Shown here in pieces: positions 17,059 through 26,281 of a stretch of 32,000 nt of DNA (positions are counted from its first letter, which is position 1; the number at the start of each line of letters is the position of its first letter). Position numbers and translations under genes: made by a program. Source of the stretch: Promethearchaeota archaeon. GTDB lineage: Archaea > Asgardarchaeota > Lokiarchaeia > Sigyniarchaeales > Promethearchaeaceae. Below the pieces are notes generated by a model. It ran no database searches. It had not been told where the DNA came from and saw only the letters and a list, made by a program, of their open reading frames with translations. The stretch spans positions 1-32,000 of the forward strand of contig JAFGBS010000011.1 of the NCBI GenBank assembly GCA_016933055.1, written 5' to 3'.

Positions 17059-17857
17059 ATCGATTCTCCTGATTATATGGTTGAACACCATCGCTAATTA
17101 TGTCTCCAGAGCGTAATTGAATTACTCTATCTGCGTATTTCAATAACTCTTGATCATGTGTAACAAGGATAACCGTAATACCTTCTTGCTTTGCGATCTG
17201 TTGTATCAATCTCACGATACTATCACCCGTTTTTTGGTCTAATTGCCCCGTAGGTTCATCAACCAATAAAATTGAGGGCTTTTTCGCCAATGCTCTGGCA
17301 ATTGCCACCCTTTGCCGTTCTCCACCTGATAATTGAGAAGGAAAATTATTTGCGCGACTCGATAGCTCGACCATATCCAAATAGTCTCGGGCTTTTTGTC
17401 TCATGGTTTTTCTATCCACGTCAATTAATTCCATAGTCAATTCCACATTTTCTAGGGCGGTCAGCGTAGGTAACAAAGAATAGAACTGAAACACAAATGA
17501 TAGATATCGTTTTCTGAATCTAGTTAATTTCTTTCCTGAATATTGAGTAATATCTTGACCATCGATATATATTACTCCCGTAGTGCAAGAATCTATCCCC
17601 CCAATCAAATTCAGGAGGGTAGTTTTTCCAGATCCGGATGGACCGACTATAAACACGATTTGTCCCTTGCAGATGTCAAAATTGGCATTATTCAAAGCCG
17701 GCACCTCGATATCTCCTAATGTATAGACTTTTGACAAATTTCGTACCGAAATTAGCGAGTCTGGAGGAATTTCACTCGTATCGCTAGCTTTCAATGTCAC
17801 GTTATGTTCCTTTAGTGCCTTTAGGAACGGATGATTATCGAGATTTTCTGTGGACAT
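17051..17857 (-). CDS. ABC transporter ATP-binding protein, LolD/MacB-like
   Basis: GPSGSGKTT, LSGGERQR, LLVDEPTG, VTHD. Confidence 0.97.
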   Translation of the reverse strand: MSTENLDNHPFLKALKEHNVTLKASDTSEIPPDSLISVRNLSKVYTLGDIEVPALNNANFDICKGQIVFIVGPSGSGKTTLLNLIGGIDSCTTGVIYIDGQDITQYSGKKLTRFRKRYLSFVFQFYSLLPTLTALENVELTMELIDVDRKTMRQKARDYLDMVELSSRANNFPSQLSGGERQRVAIARALAKKPSILLVDEPTGQLDQKTGDSIVRLIQQIAKQEGITVILVTHDQELLKYADRVIQLRSGDIISDGVQPYNQENRYA

Positions 17858-17913
17858 TACTACCTTCTCAATCTATTGATCTTGAATTTGCCTAGTGATT
17901 GCAATTATTAAAT

Positions 17914-17932
17914 TATTTCGGTTTCCGAAATA
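17914..17932. promoter_or_regulatory. Perfect 8-bp palindrome; probable MarR operator
   Basis: TATTTCGG-TTT-CCGAAATA between the divergent ABC and MarR genes. Confidence 0.65.
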
Positions 17933-17981
17933 TTAAGATTACGAAATATCTTTAAATTATCCTTCCCAAAAAATCTTACTG

Positions 17982-18446
17982 ATGGTGGATAATCGTACTC
18001 TACTTGCAAAAGAATTTTTTCAGTTTCTTGAGACAATGCGGGATTTATTGGTAGCTAGTCAGCCTGGTTTAGCCCAATTAATCAATTCCAAAGAATTTCC
18101 ACTTGATAAAGATCCCTTCGGGAGATATTTTCAAGTAATTCTTCATATTGGGAATAATGAGAGGTGTAGCATGACTGAATTTGCTGATTATTTCGATCTA
18201 AAACCCGCAACAGCAACAGGTATGATTGATCGATTAGTTCAATTAGAATTAGTACAACGCGAAAGTAATCCTAATGATCGGCGAAAAGTGGAAATTAAAC
18301 TGTCTGAAAGTGGGATAGCTATTTATGAACAAGCACATAGTTTCCTTGAGAATGAAGTAAAAAAAATTATCGACCAACTCACCGAGGAAGAAATTCAATT
18401 TCTGATCAAGATATCTAAAAAAATAAATGCAAAACTTGCAGATTAG
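17982..18446 (+). CDS. MarR-family transcriptional regulator
   Basis: TEFADYFDLKPATATGMIDRLVQLELVQRESNPNDRRKVEIKLSESG. Confidence 0.95.
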   Translation: MVDNRTLLAKEFFQFLETMRDLLVASQPGLAQLINSKEFPLDKDPFGRYFQVILHIGNNERCSMTEFADYFDLKPATATGMIDRLVQLELVQRESNPNDRRKVEIKLSESGIAIYEQAHSFLENEVKKIIDQLTEEEIQFLIKISKKINAKLAD

Positions 18447-18580
18447 GAAAATTTCTCTTCTATTCCATTGGATTTCCAATCAAGGGACAATTCTGAACAC
18501 AATAAGCGGCTCCGAAGTAAAGGTCACTATTAATCGACACATTCTCCACTTTTCGTCAATTTCTTGATCAGAATTGAGGA

Positions 18581-18697
18581 TTGTTTCTACCACCTATTCC
18601 TCCAATTTGGTCAGATATTATTATTCCCGCAGAGATATTTATTGTGATCGTTCTCGTTGCCTTATTTATCTTGATGCGACGACGAAGGAAGTACTAA
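18581..18697 (+). pseudogene. Orphan C-terminal membrane anchor of a lost surface protein
   Basis: LFLPPIPPIWSDIIIPAEIFIVIVLVALFILMRRRRKY*, preceded by an in-frame stop. Confidence 0.55.
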
Positions 18698-18742
18698 AAA
18701 AAAGGAAAATTTTGAGGTAAAAATAAATTGTAATAAAAGAGA

Positions 18743-18793
18743 CTACTTTCTTTTTCGCCCTACAACCAAAATTAATCCTCCAATAACCACTAC
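18743..18793 (-). pseudogene. Second orphan anchor; 18742-18761 identical to 31981-32000
   Basis: *VVVIGGLILVVGRKRK*; exact 20-mer actactttctttttcgccct. Confidence 0.6.
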
Positions 18794-18971
18794 TTAGGGA
18801 TCGAATGGATTTTTTAATCACACTGATATACTTTGAGGGCATCCTTCGGTACTATAGACAGGTATAATGGAAAATGTAGTATCGCAGTGTGATTCTACGG
18901 GATTATATTTTCGAGAAATTCCGTTATAATCAATAATATGATTTATATAATATGAAATTAGTATTATATCC

Positions 18972-19211
18972 ATGCCAAATATTTCCGTTATTGTAGATGA
19001 TGAAATACTGGTCTGGTTAGATCAACTTATTCAACAAGGCGTAATCAAAAATCGGAGTGAGGCTATTCGAGGAGGATTATATACATTTGTGCAAGATAAA
19101 TTAGGGATAAAAGATGCAAAACAACTCAGAGCTCGACTTGACAAGAAAAAAAAAAAGTCATTTCAAAATGGTGTAGAAGTAATTCGAGAGATACGTGAGG
19201 AAAGAGAATGA
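18972..19211 (+). CDS. vapB: RHH/CopG-type antitoxin
   Basis: PNISVIVDD...KNRSEAIR; TTTATATA at 18942-18949; ATGA overlap with the toxin. Confidence 0.9.
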   Translation: MPNISVIVDDEILVWLDQLIQQGVIKNRSEAIRGGLYTFVQDKLGIKDAKQLRARLDKKKKKSFQNGVEVIREIREERE

Positions 19212-19657
19212 GAGTGTATTTTGATACAAATGTATATTATTATCGATATTGTCCTTCAGAAAGTTCGGAATTGGTAGATGTAATAATAGACCAGCTAGGT
19301 CCGGGTGATTTAATACTGTCGTGTGAAATTATGATTGCAGAAATGTTTCGAGCATTCAAAAAACAAGCAAATTTAGGTGTTATCGGGAAGGAGGAAATGG
19401 AACTCGCGGTAAATTTTTTTCTTTCTGACGTAAAAAAGTTGGAGCAGAAAAAAAAAATTGAATTGATCCCTATAGATATGAAAACTATTATGATATCACG
19501 TCAATATATTGTAGATCAAAGTTTGTATGCAGTAGATGCTATTCATGCAGCAACTGCAGTCATTCATCAATGTGATGAATTCCTCACATTTGATCGTGAT
19601 TTTAAAAAACTAAACATAGGAATACCAATTATTCATCCTGAAAATAAAAGAGAATAA
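19208..19657 (+). CDS. vapC: VapC PIN toxin
   Basis: VYFDTN, IAEM, DAIHAATA, FLTFDRDF. Confidence 0.93.
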   Translation: MRVYFDTNVYYYRYCPSESSELVDVIIDQLGPGDLILSCEIMIAEMFRAFKKQANLGVIGKEEMELAVNFFLSDVKKLEQKKKIELIPIDMKTIMISRQYIVDQSLYAVDAIHAATAVIHQCDEFLTFDRDFKKLNIGIPIIHPENKRE

Positions 19658-19827
19658 CTCTTAGCAAAAAAACAACGAATGCTAAATATATAAAAACACA
19701 TCACTGGCTGAAACTTTTTGTGATATATATTGAAATTCTTGTTCAACTTGCAGAATCCTTGCATTTTTCTCAAGATATTCTTCATCAATCTTTTTTCCCA
19801 TACCCAATACTCAATATGTGCGGTTTT

Positions 19828-20754
19828 TCAAGATGTATTCTTGGTAGGTGGTATTTTTCGTTTTTGACCAATTCCTACCAGGCACTTCCCTATATAAAAG
19901 ATTGACAGAAAAATCTCAGGTAACAGCGCGACACAAATAAGGAAAATCAAAATATGTATTGAGACCATAATTGCAAGCATTTCGTTAGAATCATGTACCA
20001 CACTCCAGAGGTGCCCCCGAGAATGGAGTATAAATTGAATCGCTGCACGAGTTATATTAAAAAAATAAATCAATCCGACTGCAACAGTGATAGCATTTAC
20101 TTTTCTCCATAAAAAATCAGCTCTCTTAATCAAGTCTTCGCGATTGGAATGAGATCGGGGTCGAGGGACAACCAGTAATAATGCGGAAAATATTGCCATT
20201 GCAGGCAATCCGACACATCCATTAGTAACATATACTGCATCACCGTTTGTATTTTCGACTAACCATATAGCTGATGAATAATAGGTAAATGAATCTACAT
20301 CAGAAAAGAGATTTATGAGAAATACATCATGTCTTGCGAATAATTCTTGCCACCAAACCACTTCATGGGTGTTTTGATAATGAAAAAGTAACAAGATCAA
20401 AATTGTTGCCCATATTGGAAAAAATATAAGAGAAACAAGTGAGAAGCTGTATTGTTTCCTCATAAACGTAATAGTAACTGGTAGCGGAGAGGGTCTAGGT
20501 TCTCTATTAATTGGGCTCGCAATAAACCATAAATCAAGTGAAAGTTGTAACTTGGTTTTCCATTTTTGAGGAACAATAAAGCGATTTATCCAAAAAAAGG
20601 TTAAAATGAATATCCAGGGAATGAATAATACGCCCATCAGCGCCCGATTAGGGGATTCAAGCCTGAAAATTGCTAGCACAATCAGCAGGGTTAATACTAC
20701 ATTAAAGAATGAAAATACTACAATCAACCCGAAAGTTTTCAATTTCGAATCCAT
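19828..20754 (-). CDS. Archaeosortase/exosortase-family transpeptidase (ORF open from 20820)
   Basis: Multi-TM; VYVTNGCVG (Cys), FFNITR (Arg), VVHD (His) triad. Confidence 0.88.
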   Translation of the reverse strand: MDSKLKTFGLIVVFSFFNVVLTLLIVLAIFRLESPNRALMGVLFIPWIFILTFFWINRFIVPQKWKTKLQLSLDLWFIASPINREPRPSPLPVTITFMRKQYSFSLVSLIFFPIWATILILLLFHYQNTHEVVWWQELFARHDVFLINLFSDVDSFTYYSSAIWLVENTNGDAVYVTNGCVGLPAMAIFSALLLVVPRPRSHSNREDLIKRADFLWRKVNAITVAVGLIYFFNITRAAIQFILHSRGHLWSVVHDSNEMLAIMVSIHILIFLICVALLPEIFLSIFYIGKCLVGIGQKRKIPPTKNTS

Positions 20755-20993
20755 AATGGTACAATCCCAATATTGGCAATTATGCTTATAAATATGAATA
20801 ACAAAGCAGTCATGTTTCATAATCTACGTTTTTTTCACTTAAGCGTATTTTTAAGGTGGATTTTTGGATTATTTCCGAATAGTAGTATATTGTTCTGATA
20901 TTAGCGATTATTTACTATGATTTCAAAAATCTTAGGTTAAAATAATGCAATTGAGAGACGATATTCTTAAATAAAACATAAAAAGAATGTTAA

Positions 20994-22865
20994 ATGAGGA
21001 AAATGAATAACAATTCACGGTTCAAAGTTAAATTAGGTGTAATGGTTGGTGTTTTACTTATTTTGGTTACAATTCAGCATACTATTTCTTTTTTCCCCGA
21101 AAAACAACAAGCAATTCCGCTAAATACTCCTAAAAATTTTGCAGTACCTCTTAGTGCAGATCCTAATGCATTCATTTCCATCTGGGACACCACCCAGCCT
21201 GGTGTGAGTGGTTCTAATCAGGTGCAATTACCACTGGAATCGAGTGGCAATTATAATTTTTTAGTGGATTGGGGGGATGGGAGTGATGATACTATAACTG
21301 TGTGGAATCAAGCAGAAGTAATCCATACTTACTCTTTCTCTGGAGAGTATGTGATTAATATTACAGGAACAATTGTTGGATGGCGTTTTAATAATGCAGG
21401 TGATAGAACGAAGATTATGGAAATTCAACAGTGGGGGTGTCTACGTTTAGGAAATTTGGAAGCGTATTTTGACGGCTGTGAAAATTTAGTGTTATCAGCG
21501 AATGATAGTTTGGATTTGACAGGAACGACAAACCTAAATAAAGCCTTTCGAAATTGTTTGAGTCTCGGTAGTAATGGAAACATGAACAGTTGGGATACAT
21601 CACAAGTTACTGAGATGAAATATACGTTTCAGAATGCACAAAATTTCAATCAACCGATTGGTAATTGGGACGTCTCGAGTGTGATGAGTATGGCCTACAT
21701 GTTCGATGGGGCTTCTTTGTTCAACCAGTCAATAGGTGATTGGGATGTATCCAATGTAACAAACATGCAATCGATGTTTGAGGATGCATATTCATTTAAT
21801 CAACCCATTGGAACTTGGGACGTTTCAAGCTTGTGGTATATGGCTAGGATGTTCCTTGAAGCTTATTCATTCAACCAACCGATTGGAGATTGGGATGTCT
21901 CCAAGGTAGAGGTCATGCAATTCCTTTTTTATGATGCTTCTTCGTTTAATCAACTCATTGAAAATTGGAACGTTTCTAGAGTGACTACCATGTTTGGGAT
22001 GTTCTATAATGCATCATCATTCAATCAGCCGATAGGAGATTGGGATGTTTCCAAGGTGACAAATATGGGAATGATGTTTTGCCGAGCTTCTTCATTTAAC
22101 CAACCGATAGGAAATTGGAATGTTTCCCGTGTGACGACAATGAGTAGTATGTTTTCTCAAGCAGTTTCATTTAACCAACCGATTGGAAACTGGAATGTCT
22201 CTCGTGTGACAACAATGAGTAACATGTTCTATAATGCATCTTTTTTCAATCAACCGATTGGTACTTGGAATGTGTCAAATGTAGGATTTATGTTCAACAT
22301 GTTCAGCAATGTAACGCTCTCAAAAGAAAATTATGACAATTTGTTGGGTGGGTGGTCCCAATTAAACGTGCAAAATGGAGTGACATTTGACGGAGGTGGC
22401 TCAAAATATACCAATGCAGCTTTAGAAGCAAGAGAAAACCTTATTGGTACTTTTGGATGGATAATAACGGATGCTGGGTACGATCCATTACCAGATCCAT
22501 TCACACTCACATCTGAAGAAACCAATCCCGTAACAGATGGATCATTCACACTAAGTTGGATAAGTTCGTATGGAGCAACTAATTACACGGTGTATCAATA
22601 TACAAACCTTATCACTAATATAAATGAAAGTTTGACAATTTTAGCAAAAGAAACTACAGATGTAAATTTACATTTGGAGGATTATGCAGATGGCATTTAT
22701 TATTTCGTTGTAGTTGCATCGAATCCATTTGGAAGCACCCTATCAAATTGTATACAGGTAGTCATTATTAGGACCAAAATCGTTCCGGGTTATAATATAC
22801 CACTACTCTTAGGAGTTTTAGGACTAGTAGTTATTCTTATTCGGAAGAAATACAAAAATCTATAG
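20994..22865 (+). CDS. BspA/DUF285 surface protein with FN3-like domain and Loki-CTERM-like sorting signal
   Basis: N-terminal TM; FNQPIGxWxVSxVxxMxxMF repeats; YYFVVVASN; IVPGYNIPLLLGVLGLVVILIRKKYKNL. Confidence 0.93.
   Translation: MRKMNNNSRFKVKLGVMVGVLLILVTIQHTISFFPEKQQAIPLNTPKNFAVPLSADPNAFISIWDTTQPGVSGSNQVQLPLESSGNYNFLVDWGDGSDDTITVWNQAEVIHTYSFSGEYVINITGTIVGWRFNNAGDRTKIMEIQQWGCLRLGNLEAYFDGCENLVLSANDSLDLTGTTNLNKAFRNCLSLGSNGNMNSWDTSQVTEMKYTFQNAQNFNQPIGNWDVSSVMSMAYMFDGASLFNQSIGDWDVSNVTNMQSMFEDAYSFNQPIGTWDVSSLWYMARMFLEAYSFNQPIGDWDVSKVEVMQFLFYDASSFNQLIENWNVSRVTTMFGMFYNASSFNQPIGDWDVSKVTNMGMMFCRASSFNQPIGNWNVSRVTTMSSMFSQAVSFNQPIGNWNVSRVTTMSNMFYNASFFNQPIGTWNVSNVGFMFNMFSNVTLSKENYDNLLGGWSQLNVQNGVTFDGGGSKYTNAALEARENLIGTFGWIITDAGYDPLPDPFTLTSEETNPVTDGSFTLSWISSYGATNYTVYQYTNLITNINESLTILAKETTDVNLHLEDYADGIYYFVVVASNPFGSTLSNCIQVVIIRTKIVPGYNIPLLLGVLGLVVILIRKKYKNL
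21645..22319 (+). repeat. Nine in-frame 75-bp (25-aa) DUF285 tandem repeats
   Basis: Nine consecutive FNQ(P/S/L)I(G/E)xW units counted in the translation. Confidence 0.92.
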
Positions 22866-22906
22866 AATTGGGTTAGGTTTCCAGCCTAATCGAATGATCT
22901 TTTTTC
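22863..22906. repeat. Stem-loop repeat copy 1 (hairpin 22871-22891 plus T-tract); possible terminator
   Basis: 38/44 identical to 25803-25846; starts at the BspA stop codon. Confidence 0.75.
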
Positions 22907-22985
22907 TAATGTTTGGAAATAATCCTTTATAGAATAAACCAAGGTTAGTAAATAAAAAAAGAAGAAAAAATGGGAATTACATAGA

Positions 22986-25634
22986 TTATTTGGTAGGAGT
23001 GGAATCGGTACTTTTAGGTCTTGTTGGTGATTTTTTCTTCTTGCGAACGATGATAATAGCTGCTGTTGTTCCACCTACAACTGCTAATCCACCCAAAATA
23101 ATTCCAATTATCTCCCATATACCTAATCCTGGTTCAGAAACGTGGATCTCCACAGTATTTACAGCAGAATCTCCGTCCACATCCACAACAGTCAGAGTCA
23201 CCGAGTAATCTCCCGGAGTAGTATACACATGTGTAGGATTCGTTAATGTGCTATTTGCTGATCCATCCCCGAAATCCCATTGATAGGTTTCTCCACCATT
23301 CCCGATACTTCCTGTAAATGAAAACTGGATAACGTCATTGATTCCCACAGAAGTGCTGTTCGCTGCAAAGTTTGCAGTAGGAAATAGATCAGCAATGACG
23401 GTTATATAATCTTCTTTAGTTAGTACTGAGATGTCTCCATCTTCGTCTGTTATTGTAAGTGTTATAGAATAGCTTCCGACTCCAGTGAATACATGATTAG
23501 GATACCTTTCAGTCGAATTTGGACTAGAATCTCCGAAATACCACTGAATATTATTTTGTCCATTTCCGTATATCGCTTCAATATAAAATTGGACAGATTC
23601 CCCATCAATCACGTTAGTTGGATTTGCAGAAAAAGCTGCCACTGGGAAATAATCTATTTCAACAGTTATAAGATCTATTTCTGTGTGATACGATGTATCC
23701 CCATCAACATCTGTCACTTTTAAGCTCACTGTATATGTACCATCATCTAAATATATGTGAATAGGGTTTTGTTCATCGGACGTGGGACTTTCATCTCCAA
23801 AATCCCACTCATATTCAACAGGAGTATTTCCCGTGTTTCCGGTGAATGTGAACTGAATTTCCTCTCCCTCAAATATAGTTGTAGCATTTTGATCAAAACT
23901 TGCAAGGGGTTGTTCATCCGGGAACACCGTAATATGATTTATTTTGGTGATTGTTGCTATATCTCCATCTGAATCAGTAACTGTGAGAGATATATCATAT
24001 ATTCCGGGGCTCGAATAGGTATACACGGGTTCAGCATCAGTTAAATTATTCGTAACTTCTCCAAAATTCCATTGGTAGTCTGAAATCAAATTTCCTACTT
24101 CACCGGTGAATTCTGCTTCAACAGACATACCCGCTATGATTTCAGTTTCATTTACGACAAAATCTGCTGTGGGAACTTCATCTCCAATAGTGGGGTAATT
24201 ATCAAATATACCTCCAACTCCTATAGCTTCGTACGGAATGGAATAATAATATCCATTATGCGTAGCAGCAGGATAGCGAGTTTTATAATCATCCCAATAG
24301 TTTCCTATGGATCCATTATCCAGATGGACATTGGTATAGGTTGCCTCGGACCGGGTTTCAATGTGACCAGACGCATTATAAAACTCGTTACCAAAAACGG
24401 TGATGTTGGTTAAATCATTCCCTAACCCTAAAGATCTTGCGATAGAGCTGTTCACGATATTATTTTTAATTATTCCATTGGTCCCCCCTTCCAAATCGAT
24501 TCCCAATCGAGTATTATTAATATAATTTCCTTCCAGTGTGAAATTTAAGGTGCTATCTTTTGTTGATATCCCATCGGAAACGCCAAATTCGACGTAATCT
24601 ATATAATTATCTGAAACGGTTACATTATATGACCAAATATCTATGCCGTATTTACAGTATTTCAGAGTATTATGAACTATTTCACTATGGTTACTTTCAA
24701 TTGAGATCCCATACCCATCTAAGTCTCCAACTATAGTGTTGTTTTCAATTAGTAAGTAGGTCCCTTCATCTGATGAAATACCTGTATTACAATTCTCAAT
24801 CGTATTGTTATAAACATGACCCGAGAATGTGTTTAGATTTATACCACTTCCCATTCCGCCAATATTCTTAATGGTATTGTTATAAACAGTGATATTATCC
24901 GTTGCGATTCCCTCCATAAAATCATTCCAAAACCAGATTCCAGAGCGAGAATTGTTGATAGTATCGATAGTGTTATTTAAAATTGTTACATTGGATGAAG
25001 CAAACATGTTAATTCCATTATTACTACTATTCCGTATCGTATTATCGTAAATCCAGATTCCAAATTCAGGTTCAAGCCTACTTCCTTTAATTGATCCATA
25101 GCTTGGAGAATAAAAGGAATTATCTTCCATTAGACACTCTGAGATATTTACATTATCTACAATCGAGCCAGACATATAGACTGCCACACCAATGTCTCGG
25201 AAGGTACAATTTTTTATCCAAATATTTTTGGAGTTAGCTAGTTCAATTTGATAATCTGCATCTGGGCCATAAATGGTAATGTTTTGCAGTACCAAGTAAC
25301 TGCTCGTTACACTAATTCGGATTGCTGGCCCCCAAAAATCACTTGCATTAAATATCCTATTTTCAATAATATAGGGATCTTGTGCAGTACCAGAACCACG
25401 ATCTTTGGCGGAACTTAATTCCGAATTTCCCATAATATTAATCGGAGTATCTTCACTACTTTTTGGGGAAAGAAATTCAATTTCCCCCCCATAATTGACA
25501 TAAGGATTAAAATTGATGCTAATACATATAAAAAATGCAAATACTATAATCTCTGATAGTTTCCTAATTTTTTTCAATATAATCACCTTTTGTGAAAAAT
25601 CTCTTCTTTTCTCTAAATAATCAGACGCATACAT
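22986..25634 (-). CDS. Surface protein: parallel beta-helix (NosD/CASH-like) repeats + 4 PKD domains + C-terminal TM anchor
   Basis: I.NNTI repeats, NGSIGNYWDDY cap; four W(N/D/Y)FG(D/E)...TVTD.DGD units; GIILGGLAVVGG...VRKKKK. Confidence 0.92.
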   Translation of the reverse strand: MYASDYLEKRRDFSQKVIILKKIRKLSEIIVFAFFICISINFNPYVNYGGEIEFLSPKSSEDTPINIMGNSELSSAKDRGSGTAQDPYIIENRIFNASDFWGPAIRISVTSSYLVLQNITIYGPDADYQIELANSKNIWIKNCTFRDIGVAVYMSGSIVDNVNISECLMEDNSFYSPSYGSIKGSRLEPEFGIWIYDNTIRNSSNNGINMFASSNVTILNNTIDTINNSRSGIWFWNDFMEGIATDNITVYNNTIKNIGGMGSGINLNTFSGHVYNNTIENCNTGISSDEGTYLLIENNTIVGDLDGYGISIESNHSEIVHNTLKYCKYGIDIWSYNVTVSDNYIDYVEFGVSDGISTKDSTLNFTLEGNYINNTRLGIDLEGGTNGIIKNNIVNSSIARSLGLGNDLTNITVFGNEFYNASGHIETRSEATYTNVHLDNGSIGNYWDDYKTRYPAATHNGYYYSIPYEAIGVGGIFDNYPTIGDEVPTADFVVNETEIIAGMSVEAEFTGEVGNLISDYQWNFGEVTNNLTDAEPVYTYSSPGIYDISLTVTDSDGDIATITKINHITVFPDEQPLASFDQNATTIFEGEEIQFTFTGNTGNTPVEYEWDFGDESPTSDEQNPIHIYLDDGTYTVSLKVTDVDGDTSYHTEIDLITVEIDYFPVAAFSANPTNVIDGESVQFYIEAIYGNGQNNIQWYFGDSSPNSTERYPNHVFTGVGSYSITLTITDEDGDISVLTKEDYITVIADLFPTANFAANSTSVGINDVIQFSFTGSIGNGGETYQWDFGDGSANSTLTNPTHVYTTPGDYSVTLTVVDVDGDSAVNTVEIHVSEPGLGIWEIIGIILGGLAVVGGTTAAIIIVRKKKKSPTRPKSTDSTPTK

Positions 25635-25778
25635 TATCGTCGGTAATTAAAATAAATGTTTCATCATTTCCCAATCATAATAATACCCAGTTGGAAAAAA
25701 TAGACCACTGATACATTTCATATCAATCTAGATCTGTTCGACCTGTCTGTTGAGAAATGGAACGATTGAACCCAATAC

Positions 25779-25846
25779 GATTAGGTTTCCAACTTAATCG
25801 AATAGAATTTGATTAGATTTCCAGTTTAATCGAATGATATTTTTTC
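25779..25846. repeat. Stem-loop repeat copies 2 and 3 in tandem (32-bp period)
   Basis: GATTAGG-TTTCCAA-CTTAATC (25779-25799) and GATTAGA-TTTCCAG-TTTAATC (25811-25831). Confidence 0.75.
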
Positions 25847-25938
25847 GAGTTCTTGTGGAAATTATTAATAGCAGCGCCATGTTCGTTATTATAAGTCGAT
25901 TTCAAAAACTCAAAAAAGATGGAAATTTCATGATCTAG

Positions 25939-26169
25939 AACGATTATAGTGATGTTGGACTAGAAAATGGGAAGTATTACTATGTGATATCTGCCCAAAA
26001 TCCCAACGGGCTTTCATCGTTATCCAATTGTGAATCTATAGAAGTTCAACTTGAAGAACCAACCGAGCGAGGAATAAGAGGATATTCCATTGGGATTATT
26101 CTAATGCTAGGAAGCTCAGTACTGGCATTACTCTACTTAATTACCTCAAACCAACACTCATTTTATTAA
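25939..26169 (+). pseudogene. C-terminal remnant (FN3-like end + degenerate Loki-CTERM-like signal) of a lost surface protein
   Basis: GLENGKYYYVISAQNPNGLSSLSNCESIEV...GIRGYSIGIILMLG vs DGIYYFVVVASNPFGSTLSNCIQV...IVPGY of 20994-22865. Confidence 0.75.
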
Positions 26170-26281
26170 TTTTTTTTTTAATAATAAAAATTTACAAGAT
26201 TTGAGTTCAAGTTAAGAATAAGTCCGCATCCTAAGGTATCTTTATATAACTCTAATCCCCATTAGGATCGAGGGTTATCCG

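Noticed and set aside
21645-22319. 75-bp repeats as a CRISPR array or DGR template/variable repeat
   Set aside because: They are in-frame coding repeats with no spacers, no adenine-specific variation noticed and no reverse transcriptase in the window.
25779-25846. 32-bp tandem hairpins as a mini-CRISPR
   Set aside because: Only about 9 nt of non-repeat sequence between units, two units only, and no cas genes.
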